IMG/VR virus record: IMGVR_UViG_3300044640_002813
Location: 1 to 55,207 of that record
DNA from: a virus
Taxonomy: Duplodnaviria > Caudoviricetes
Reading direction: 5' to 3' (one strand)
DNA: 55,207 nucleotides
Below, piece by piece: positions 17,070 through 25,577 of this stretch. The translations under genes were made by a program, and so were the position numbers. The notes beneath the pieces are model-generated. The model saw only the letters and a program-made list of their open reading frames with translations. It had not been told where the DNA came from and searched no databases. The stretch's first letter is position 1; each line of letters opens with the position of its first letter.

Positions 17070-19206
17070 AAGCGTATTCTTCTGAAAAATTAGGTCTAAT
17101 TCCCTGAGCTGCAGATATTCCCCAGGTAGGATCAGTTCCCCATCCTCCATTTGCTCTAACGAAATTATAGATCGCATCATCTATAGTTTCAAATCCGTTA
17201 GGATCTATTCCTTTCTGTTTAAGTTGAGGAACTAACATTGCAACTGCAATCTTAGCAGCTATCACTGGATTATTAGCAAGATCGGGATTAGAGACAAGAT
17301 CAGCTCCGACCACCTTACCATACTGAGCATATAGGCTCTTAAAGGTGATGCCATTAAATCCTCTACCTCTATATTTCCAACCGTCTCCTTTTTGAGTATT
17401 ACCGGTATTTGGCCATAAATAAGGAGTAGCCTCCTTTCCATAAACCGCGTCCCAGAATTCCTCTTCATTATTTTTAAGAGCGGTCAGTTCAGCGTCATCA
17501 TATTTTGCAACTCTGGCTCCAAAAATAGATCGGATTCGGCTATTAGCTGTTGTTGCATAGCTTATTTCTCTCTGAGGTATAAATCCACTCTCTTTTCCAA
17601 TAACACAAAGAAGTCCAATTAAAGACTTGGTATTAGTGATTCCCGCCTTTTTAGCTACTTCTTCTATGATCCTGATATTTTTAGCCTGCTCACCCGTATA
17701 TGTGTGCTTGATTCGACTAGGTCCAGTTATTTCTATTTGGATATCACCTTGATCGACCTTTCCAGAATCCGCTATTTCTTCATCAGGGAGAGAAAATAAT
17801 CTTAACATTATTTTACCTATTTCAGTGTCTGTAATGTCCTTTTCCTCTTTTTGAATAACCTGAATAATTCTATCATCTTTTTTTATAAATTGGCCTGTTG
17901 GTTTTTTATCTTTATCGTATACATCATAAATATTTTTATCCATAAATTTACGCTTAACTATAAGCATTCTTCTATTTTCTTTATCATATATTTTAATAAA
18001 ATTTCTTCTCTTTTTAGAAAAACTGGTTCCTGAATAGAGTTCCCTTTCAGTATCGTCGTCTAGAGCTCCAGTCTCAGGCAGACCTTTATCTTTTTGAAAT
18101 TTCATTAAAGTTGCTTTAGTTTCTCCATAAAAGAGACCATCAATTCCATATACTGGAAGCTCGTATCCTTTATCAACTAGGGCCTGTTGCATTCGTTTAA
18201 CGTCTTCTGATTCTGAACCATATTTTAAAGTTCCTCCTTCTGAAGATGATGAAGAAATATCTCTACCTGCCCCTGATAGATATGGAAGAGGATCAACATG
18301 GTCCCCATTGAGAGATTTTCTGATTTCAAAGTGTAGATGTGCCCCTCTAGAATTTCCAGCCCCTCCTTCTACTCCTTGATCTCCGCCTGACTTTCCTATG
18401 ATCTGACCCTTTTTGACGCTATCACCTGCCTGGACATCCATTTGAGAAAGATGAGCGTATAAAGAATAGAGGGTTTCACCGCCTACATCATGTCGAATTA
18501 ATATCACGTTTCCATATCCATACTTATCTGACATATCGGCACGTTCAACGGTTCCGTCTGCAATTGATACAACACCTGCCCCAGTTGGAATACCTAGATC
18601 TATTCCTTTATGCATTCTTCCCCACCTAGGTCCAAATTTTGAAGTTAAAGTGGCTTCAGATGCTAGTGGATAATTAAATTTTCCTTCTCCAGAATCTGAT
18701 TCTTCAGGTTCAGTTTTAGGTGCTCCTAATATATTTCCAGATTCATCAACATAGTTTTTTAAATCTTTATTCTTAAGTCCAATATGTACATGTTCATACC
18801 ACGTTCTGCCGTCTGATGGCCGACCGATATGACCGATGAGTTCACCTTTCTTTAGTTCATATCCACTTTTAATTGAAGGTTCTAAACTTCCAAGATGAGT
18901 GTAGAACACCTTTTCATTGAATTCTGATGCCGTTACCGTGACATGCCAACCATATACTTTCTGATTAGATGAGTTAGATAATTTTACTGATTTAACTTTA
19001 CCGTCAAATATCGAATATACTGGAGTTCCTGCTTTTGCCATGACATCCCATGCATTATCAGATTCCCAATTACCAAATGCCCTTTTACCATGTGCATCAG
19101 GTCCGCCACCCCATGTGAATTTTTTGTTTCCAACCAAGTGGCTAGATGAGGTTGCAGATTCGTTAATTGCTTTATGATATTTCCAAGGATTTATGAAATC
19201 GTGCAT
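17068..19206 (-). CDS. Multidomain peptidoglycan hydrolase: M23 + M23 + PG-binding + GH19-like lysozyme
   Basis: M23 motifs YTHL...HVH and HKGID...YAHL...HLHFE; PG-binding VKRMQQAL...IDGLFYGET..LMKFQKDKGL; GH19-like KESGF...GDGWKYRGRGF; leader ...KAINE. Confidence 0.9.
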   Translation of the reverse strand: MHDFINPWKYHKAINESATSSSHLVGNKKFTWGGGPDAHGKRAFGNWESDNAWDVMAKAGTPVYSIFDGKVKSVKLSNSSNQKVYGWHVTVTASEFNEKVFYTHLGSLEPSIKSGYELKKGELIGHIGRPSDGRTWYEHVHIGLKNKDLKNYVDESGNILGAPKTEPEESDSGEGKFNYPLASEATLTSKFGPRWGRMHKGIDLGIPTGAGVVSIADGTVERADMSDKYGYGNVILIRHDVGGETLYSLYAHLSQMDVQAGDSVKKGQIIGKSGGDQGVEGGAGNSRGAHLHFEIRKSLNGDHVDPLPYLSGAGRDISSSSSEGGTLKYGSESEDVKRMQQALVDKGYELPVYGIDGLFYGETKATLMKFQKDKGLPETGALDDDTERELYSGTSFSKKRRNFIKIYDKENRRMLIVKRKFMDKNIYDVYDKDKKPTGQFIKKDDRIIQVIQKEEKDITDTEIGKIMLRLFSLPDEEIADSGKVDQGDIQIEITGPSRIKHTYTGEQAKNIRIIEEVAKKAGITNTKSLIGLLCVIGKESGFIPQREISYATTANSRIRSIFGARVAKYDDAELTALKNNEEEFWDAVYGKEATPYLWPNTGNTQKGDGWKYRGRGFNGITFKSLYAQYGKVVGADLVSNPDLANNPVIAAKIAVAMLVPQLKQKGIDPNGFETIDDAIYNFVRANGGWGTDPTWGISAAQGIRPNFSEEYA

Positions 19207-19225
19207 CTATTTGATTAATTTTTAT

Positions 19226-19232
19226 TATTTAT
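19226..19232 (-). promoter_or_regulatory. Late-type promoter motif ATAAATA
   Basis: 19 nt before ATG 19206. Confidence 0.6.
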
Positions 19233-19712
19233 TTAGGAAAGGCGGTCTAGAATTATCATTTGAGATCTGTGTATCATTCCATAAGCATCTCGGATTGGAA
19301 CAAATCCTGCCCAGTCTACTTCTTCTAATTGTAATTGAGATTTAGGAACTTTAAGATCTATAAGATCTATTTCTGAAAGATCTTGAATTAGCATATTAAA
19401 ATAAATCAGCTGGCCTGTCAATTTACCTGAATCATCATACTTATATGACTCCATAGGACTGAGATCTAATTGATTTGAAATCTGATCAGGTCTAATAATG
19501 ATTCCAGTTTCCTCCCTCATTTCTCTGATTGCGGCTTCAAGAGGATCTTCACCCTCTTCTATCTTTCCTTTAGGGATGCTTAAATTGTTTTTATGCCAGC
19601 TTGAATTAGTAGAGTGGACCAATAGGATCAAGTCAAGATACTTAATGGCGATCCCAGCGGCTACTCTAGGCTTATTCATAGATTCATTAAAGGATTTAAA
19701 ATTTAAGATCAT
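19233..19712 (-). CDS. Nudix hydrolase
   Basis: Perfect Nudix box G-KIEEG-E-DPLEAAI-REMREETGI; leader MILNFKSFNE. Confidence 0.93.
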   Translation of the reverse strand: MILNFKSFNESMNKPRVAAGIAIKYLDLILLVHSTNSSWHKNNLSIPKGKIEEGEDPLEAAIREMREETGIIIRPDQISNQLDLSPMESYKYDDSGKLTGQLIYFNMLIQDLSEIDLIDLKVPKSQLQLEEVDWAGFVPIRDAYGMIHRSQMIILDRLS

Positions 19713-19887
19713 TATTCTTATTTGCTAAATATTTTGCTCTATTTAATTGTTCTCTTCTTTTTTGAGATTTAGAAATAAAAGTTTTTCTGTTTCTCAATTC
19801 ATCGTGTATTTTATACTTATCCATCCTTTGACGATAAGTTTTTAAAACTGATTCTATTTTTTTATTTTTAACCTCTACTATTATCAT
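19696..19887 (-). CDS. rpsU: Phage-encoded 30S ribosomal protein bS21
   Basis: 63 aa, basic; MIIVEVK..KIESVLK.YRQR...ELRNRKTFISKSQKRREQLNRAKY fits the Bacteroidota/phage bS21 pattern (EL.R..F.KPS..RR). Confidence 0.85.
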   Translation of the reverse strand: MIIVEVKNKKIESVLKTYRQRMDKYKIHDELRNRKTFISKSQKRREQLNRAKYLANKNNDLKF

Positions 19888-20738
19888 TTTTTAAATAATT
19901 TTGAATAGTCCATAGAATACTTACTCTTGATTAATTTAGAATCAAAGTATTTCCTTTTATAATAATCTGAAAGATCTTCATCTAATATTCTATTTTTAAC
20001 CCAAGGTGGGAGTTTGGAATTATAATGATCTTGATATATGTTATTATATACTGTATATGCCTGATGAGGATTTAAATTTAAATTTTTATTTAAATCCGAA
20101 AGATATATTTTTCCATCTAATGATTCGATTAAATCTATATTAAATACATCTAATTTATATGATTCATATAGATCATTGACAATGTCTTTTATTTGATTCG
20201 AATGTTTAAATGAATTAAGATCCATATCAAATGACATGTTGTTAATCTTTTCTTCTCCGCATATGGGATAATTTTTAAATGCGACTATTTTAAAACGAGT
20301 CCGGGGCTGAGGAGATTCAGTAAACATTTTATACCGAGTCTCAGCTTGCCTGAGTTTATGCAACGTTTTATATAAATCTGATTTATTACCATTTGATGCA
20401 GTAACTGGAAACTTTAATAATTTAACATTTTGAATATTATCAACCGCGTTAGGAATCCAGTTTTTATTTTTAAAATCAGAAAAGACTTCATTTAAAGATG
20501 GAGTAATAGCTGAATTATAAGTGCTAGAATTGGACTCATTGATTCGGATTGAATCAAAACTAAAATTATCACATAAAATTATTGGAATATCAGATTCTAG
20601 AAGATCGTATTTATTTTCTATGTGTTTAAAATATTCATGGCTCGGTTTATTCTGGCAAGCCAGGCCTATTTTTTTAAAGAATGCTATTTTATAGTCAGTG
20701 TGTCTTTTTACATAGTCATCAAATTTATGAAATTTCAT
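19884..20738 (-). CDS. RimK-like ATP-grasp protein, apparently degenerate
   Basis: WIP.AV...LKFPV; FKIVAFK; LDVFNIDLIESLDGKIYLSDLN resembles RimK D..GVD.....G..vlEVN, but the K-P..G..G.GV loop and E-x-N are altered. Confidence 0.55.
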   Translation of the reverse strand: MKFHKFDDYVKRHTDYKIAFFKKIGLACQNKPSHEYFKHIENKYDLLESDIPIILCDNFSFDSIRINESNSSTYNSAITPSLNEVFSDFKNKNWIPNAVDNIQNVKLLKFPVTASNGNKSDLYKTLHKLRQAETRYKMFTESPQPRTRFKIVAFKNYPICGEEKINNMSFDMDLNSFKHSNQIKDIVNDLYESYKLDVFNIDLIESLDGKIYLSDLNKNLNLNPHQAYTVYNNIYQDHYNSKLPPWVKNRILDEDLSDYYKRKYFDSKLIKSKYSMDYSKLFKK

Positions 20739-20759
20739 AATAACTTTATTGATTTTTAT

Positions 20760-20779
20760 TATTTATTTTTAGATAAATA
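20760..20779. promoter_or_regulatory. Back-to-back divergent late-type promoters
   Basis: ATAAATA at 20760-20766 (minus, RimK-like/bS21/Nudix operon) and 20773-20779 (plus). Confidence 0.6.
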
Positions 20780-20795
20780 AAATAAAATACTGATA

Positions 20796-21893
20796 ATGGG
20801 TAAAACTTATAATTCTTGGAAATCAGTTAACGAATGGAATATTTTTAATAATCCAAAAAGAGGAAAACAGGTATTTACTTCCCCGTCTGGTCAAAAACAA
20901 AGAATGGCTTTTAAAATTCAAGATGATTTTAATTTCATTATCAAGCTTTTCAGATTTTCAGACGTTATAGATCAAAAAGGAAATATAACTTCATTAGGAA
21001 TGGACTCGTTAATTAAATTCTTTAATGGACAATCGGACATGACTAACGTTTATGGCCCGTTTGATAGTTCTTTTTTCCAAAAAAAGTTTTTACTCTATAC
21101 AGTATTAGAAGACTCAGCCGACAAAGATAAAATTCAATTTACTATCATTAGTAGGAATATTTATCCAAAATTAGGCCCTCAGAATATTATGGTAAATGCT
21201 ATGAATTTAGCAAATTTAATAAGCGCAAATCAGCCTGAGGACGCTGAAATAATTCAAAATATACAGATTAATCGAGAAAAAGTAAAGGATAAAGATATTG
21301 AAGAGCCTGAAAAATTGAAAGACGATGTCAAGAAGGAAGAGGCAGGCGGAACCGATGCTACTGAAAAGGAATTAGGAAACAAATTTAGATACACCATGAG
21401 ATCAAATGGCAAACTTTATTTAATGGAGTTTGCAGCAGGAGGAGCGATAGACGCTCAAGTAATAGGAGAAGGACATCCGAATGGAGCAATATCATGGGAG
21501 GGATCTAGATTGATGTGGTATACTGATGCTGATTCAGTTGATAATATATCAGTCTATTCTAAATGGATTGATGAGGATATTCCCCTGTACACGGATACTG
21601 AAATAAATAATCCTGCGGATAAAGAATTTTTGTCTAAAATATTTACAGATGATGCATTTAGAAAAAAGGTAATCGGTGAATATGAAAAGGAATTTGGAGA
21701 ATCTGAAGTTAATTCTACAACTATAAAAAAGATGCTATTCTTTAAAGATGGTACTCCTATATTTCCAGAAGAAATAAAGCAACCAGTTCAATCCTCAACT
21801 ATTGATTCTAATACTGAAGATAATGTAGTTGAAGAACCTAAAGAAGACGAGGACTATGAATGGGTTAGAAAAGAAGAAACAAAATATTTCTAA
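20796..21893 (+). CDS. Hypothetical late protein with capsid-targeting-like leader
   Basis: 365 aa; MGKTYNSWKSVNE; ATAAATA upstream. Confidence 0.75.
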   Translation: MGKTYNSWKSVNEWNIFNNPKRGKQVFTSPSGQKQRMAFKIQDDFNFIIKLFRFSDVIDQKGNITSLGMDSLIKFFNGQSDMTNVYGPFDSSFFQKKFLLYTVLEDSADKDKIQFTIISRNIYPKLGPQNIMVNAMNLANLISANQPEDAEIIQNIQINREKVKDKDIEEPEKLKDDVKKEEAGGTDATEKELGNKFRYTMRSNGKLYLMEFAAGGAIDAQVIGEGHPNGAISWEGSRLMWYTDADSVDNISVYSKWIDEDIPLYTDTEINNPADKEFLSKIFTDDAFRKKVIGEYEKEFGESEVNSTTIKKMLFFKDGTPIFPEEIKQPVQSSTIDSNTEDNVVEEPKEDEDYEWVRKEETKYF

Positions 21894-21899
21894 AATAAT

Positions 21900-23552
21900 A
21901 TGTATAACGTAAATAATTATAAAAGATACGGTAATTTTTTATACGAGGACCTGAATATTTCTCTATCTGATGATTTAAATCCAAGATTGAAGCAATATCT
22001 GACCAATCAAAAATTAATAGACTTTTTAGCTGATAATTTTGATACTGTACCCGATGGACAGGAAGGTCAGATTCAATTAAATAACGAAGATTATGGAATA
22101 TTAAAAGAAGATAAGCTGTTTGTAAAAGTTGATAAGTCTAATCCTAAAGATCCTAAATTCTACTTATGGATCATGAATGATCAATTTTTATTCGGTGATG
22201 TTAATTTCGATATTGCAGCGACTCTATTAAAGCAAGCTGGAGATGAAGGAGGAACGATCGGGTATGTAGGAAATTTGTTAGGATCATTAATAGGATTGGG
22301 AGATGCTGGAGATTCCGGAACTGACGAAGACACAATAGTCGCAGTAGCAGGAGCAATGGCATCAATTGCTGCTGAAAAGAGTCAAGATCCGATGCTATAT
22401 TTTTCTAAATTAGCTGAGACTTTTTCTAAAAAATACGGACAAGATCTAACTTCTTTCTTAGAAACTGAATTTTCAGGAGGGTCAGAAGTGGCAGCTCTTA
22501 ACGCATTTAGAAGACCGATATCAGCTTCAACCGCTAGAGGTTTAAACATTCCAATGATTCTATTTGATGTTGCTTTAACTGCAGTTACATTTGGAGCTGG
22601 CACTGTTTTAAAAGCAGGGGTTCCAGCCGGAGCCAGAGGAGCAGCTGCAGCTACTCGTGCAGGTGAAGGTGCATTGGCCGCAACACGAGCAGGAGAAGCA
22701 GCAGGAGCTGCCGCAAGAGGAGCTGAAGCAGCAGCAGCCGGAGTCCGAGGAGCTGAAGGAGCAGTGATTGCTGGAGATGCAGCTTTAACTGGAACAAAAG
22801 GAGTTATATCCCGGCTTAAAGGATGGGCGGGAATTGGAAAAACCAAACAGATTAGTAATATTGAGCAGGAGATCAAAGTCGGTCAGCAGATCATGTATAA
22901 ACAAAAAAATAAAATGGTTCCACACAAAGTAACTGGAATAACTCAAAATGGAGTTCAGCTTCAGGCTTTAAGCGGACCTAAAAATACTTTCATAGCTGCC
23001 GCCGATAAATTTGTGTTAGAAGTTCATCCTAATCTTGCAAATAGAATTCTTAACCGAGCAGGATTAAATACAACTAAAGCCGGTTTAATACTTGCAACTA
23101 CTAAAATTAATAGCATTGTAGGTGCAACCTCTTCAACCGTAAGTCAGCCTGCTGGATTCTTTGGAAAAGCTGGAGAAATTATGGGATGGTACGATACATT
23201 TACAGCAGATGCAGGATCTTTTGCTGCATCTCTTCAAAATAAAACTGCTAAAGAATTAGCAGAAATGCTATTCGATCTTAAAAAAGGAACTGGATTCTTC
23301 GGTAATACTACTAATCAAGAGGAATTAGCAATGGCAGTTATCATAACCAGCCTTAGCCCTGAAGGAGCAAGACAGGTTCAAGCTGAATACTCTAAAATAG
23401 ATACTGAGATGTCAGTGTACGCTCTCTTAGCTGATGAAATTGGAGGAGAAGTTGGAATGTTCGCTAAGGCATATTGGACAGGAATAACCGGTGAAGGTAC
23501 AGAATATGTATCTGCAATCAGAAACGTTAGGGCTAAATTAAGAGCTAAATAA
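21900..23552 (+). CDS. Putative ejection/membrane protein with two annexin-like repeats and a Gly/Ala-rich hydrophobic segment
   Basis: GTDEDTI...KKYGQDLTSFLETEFSG and AEMLFDLKKG...QVQAEY...LLADEIGG; hydrophobic MILFDVALTAVTFGAG; AARGAE repeats. Confidence 0.68.
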   Translation: MYNVNNYKRYGNFLYEDLNISLSDDLNPRLKQYLTNQKLIDFLADNFDTVPDGQEGQIQLNNEDYGILKEDKLFVKVDKSNPKDPKFYLWIMNDQFLFGDVNFDIAATLLKQAGDEGGTIGYVGNLLGSLIGLGDAGDSGTDEDTIVAVAGAMASIAAEKSQDPMLYFSKLAETFSKKYGQDLTSFLETEFSGGSEVAALNAFRRPISASTARGLNIPMILFDVALTAVTFGAGTVLKAGVPAGARGAAAATRAGEGALAATRAGEAAGAAARGAEAAAAGVRGAEGAVIAGDAALTGTKGVISRLKGWAGIGKTKQISNIEQEIKVGQQIMYKQKNKMVPHKVTGITQNGVQLQALSGPKNTFIAAADKFVLEVHPNLANRILNRAGLNTTKAGLILATTKINSIVGATSSTVSQPAGFFGKAGEIMGWYDTFTADAGSFAASLQNKTAKELAEMLFDLKKGTGFFGNTTNQEELAMAVIITSLSPEGARQVQAEYSKIDTEMSVYALLADEIGGEVGMFAKAYWTGITGEGTEYVSAIRNVRAKLRAK

Positions 23553-25502
23553 TCACCATTTAGAGTAGGGAATCACGTGTTTAAACTTGGTAGATTCAGA
23601 TATATCTTTTTTAACAGTTGTTTCCTCTTCAGAATCTTTTAATTCAGGTGGAGTATCAATAGATAATTTCATTTCTTCATAATAATCAGGATTATCCGCG
23701 TGTACATTTGAATACCATTCTGCAACTTCAGGAGGTAATTTATCTTTTTCTCCACTTGTATAGTATACAACATCAACTATTCTAGGAAGATTAAATTTTT
23801 TGGCATAATAATCCAAATTATTTTGTAAAACTGGAACCGCATCATTATTTTCAAACGCATCTATATAGGGTACGCTGTATGATGCGTCTGGATTTTCTTT
23901 TAATTCTCGATCCATAATCTCTTGCATCTTCTGTTGAACTGCAGCATTTCCAAATAGTTCATATTCTCCTTCACTAAACTTTTTAGTTTGTCCGAAATGT
24001 CCAATCAATTTAAGAACCTGTTTCCCAATGAACAGGGGTACCATTTTACCAATTGTAATAGTTCCGAAAATCTTTCCAAACTTGTTTGCCTGACCGTATG
24101 TGTTACTAACTCGATTCATAAGACCTCCCACCTCTCCATAAAAGGAGTTTGCATTCATTTTAACACGACTCATCTCTGAAGTCAGATTCGTACCATATCT
24201 AGCAGAGATAAAATCAGTTTCTTTTAGAAATTCAGCGTCCAATTTAACCGCAGTTCCACTTTTAGTATTTACAATTAAATCGGTTCCTTTTGCTTCAATT
24301 CTTGCTCCATCTGAAGCGGCAGCCATAAAGAAATCATCTAGTTTTTGAACTTTGGCAGCATCTAATAATTGAGGAATGTTAGAAGCAAATTGATTCATTT
24401 TAGCAGAATAGGTTCCAAACATGTCAGCTATTCCTTCAAAAAAGGATCTTAAGGGTTTACCTACAAACGGGATCCATCCAACCACTGTTCCTAGAAAATC
24501 TCCAAAGAACTTAGCTATTAAATCTCCTATTGTTCCTAAAACCCCCTTAGTGCTTTTTCCAATATAGTCCAGGGCTTTCCAACTTTCAGGTCTAGCTGCT
24601 GCTGCTAAATTTATCGCATCTTTAGACATTTTAGCTGATCCACCTGCAACACCTCCGGCTGCTCCCATGTAACGGGTACTGATTTGTAAAACCTCAGCTC
24701 CTGCTTTGGATCCTTTAAACCAGCCTTTGAAAAGATCCCCAGCAAATGGAAGAGCTGCACATATAAAATTGATTAGTGCAAGTAACCATTTACCTCGAAT
24801 CATATAAATTATTCCATTGATGATATCCGCTATTAATCCTACTGGCTCAAATGCCGATCCAAAAAGTCCAACTAAATCTAGAACAAAGTGAAGAATTCCA
24901 ATTGGGGATCCTCCTTCAGTCAATGCACTTAGTAAGCCTTTCAGCATTCCTAATATTCCACCACCTCCCCAGTCCCCTTGAGAAGGGGAAGCTGCTCCGC
25001 TTACTGCAGCTAGAACGTCGTCTCCAGCTTCAGAAGAAGCAGGTGTAAATTCTCCAGATGCGGAAGAAGTTGGAGTCTCATCAAAAAATGACATGACATC
25101 ATCAGCAGTTTTTCCAATATCAAACGGGAGAGAAATATCGCTCTCGTTCACTTTCTTGAATCCAAATTCTCGAATCACTTTACTATATGATTCATTTAGT
25201 TTAGTGATCTCAGATTGAGACATGTGATTGAGGGACTCACGAACGATAGAATTAACTCCTCCCATCAGGTTTTTATAATAGTCAGTGCTTGTTACGATTC
25301 CTCGTTTAAGAATCATATCCAATTCAAGTTGGAATCTTAGATCTTCCGGAACCGACTCTTCAATCTTATTTAGGAAGTCGCATTCCTTTTTAATGGTTTC
25401 TAAACTAAGGGCCTTTGATAATTTATCCGCGTGCCCAACTAGTGCCTCATTAATAACAGAAGATAAATGGTTCAACTCAGAATAAGAGGAAACATGATTC
25501 AT
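23553..25502 (-). CDS. Putative ejection/membrane protein with a pre-toxin-TG-like hydrophobic module
   Basis: LDLVGLF...VGLIADIINGIIYMIRGKWLLALINFICAALPFAGD; several (I/L/V)xE-S sites in the N-terminal 125 aa; C-terminal FKHVIPYSKW. Confidence 0.68.
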   Translation of the reverse strand: MNHVSSYSELNHLSSVINEALVGHADKLSKALSLETIKKECDFLNKIEESVPEDLRFQLELDMILKRGIVTSTDYYKNLMGGVNSIVRESLNHMSQSEITKLNESYSKVIREFGFKKVNESDISLPFDIGKTADDVMSFFDETPTSSASGEFTPASSEAGDDVLAAVSGAASPSQGDWGGGGILGMLKGLLSALTEGGSPIGILHFVLDLVGLFGSAFEPVGLIADIINGIIYMIRGKWLLALINFICAALPFAGDLFKGWFKGSKAGAEVLQISTRYMGAAGGVAGGSAKMSKDAINLAAAARPESWKALDYIGKSTKGVLGTIGDLIAKFFGDFLGTVVGWIPFVGKPLRSFFEGIADMFGTYSAKMNQFASNIPQLLDAAKVQKLDDFFMAAASDGARIEAKGTDLIVNTKSGTAVKLDAEFLKETDFISARYGTNLTSEMSRVKMNANSFYGEVGGLMNRVSNTYGQANKFGKIFGTITIGKMVPLFIGKQVLKLIGHFGQTKKFSEGEYELFGNAAVQQKMQEIMDRELKENPDASYSVPYIDAFENNDAVPVLQNNLDYYAKKFNLPRIVDVVYYTSGEKDKLPPEVAEWYSNVHADNPDYYEEMKLSIDTPPELKDSEEETTVKKDISESTKFKHVIPYSKW

Positions 25503-25520
25503 ATTTAAAGATCTTTTTAT

Positions 25521-25527
25521 TATTTAT
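25521..25527 (-). promoter_or_regulatory. Late-type promoter motif ATAAATA
   Basis: 18 nt before ATG 25502, after the bgt terminator. Confidence 0.6.
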
Positions 25528-25542
25528 TCTTTTTTATAGAAT

Positions 25543-25567
25543 AAAAAAAACCTCTTAGCAGAGGTTT
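25543..25567 (-). terminator. Intrinsic terminator after bgt
   Basis: AAACCTCT-tagc-AGAGGTTT with U8 on the minus strand. Confidence 0.8.
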
Positions 25568-25577
25568 GACGGTGGAA

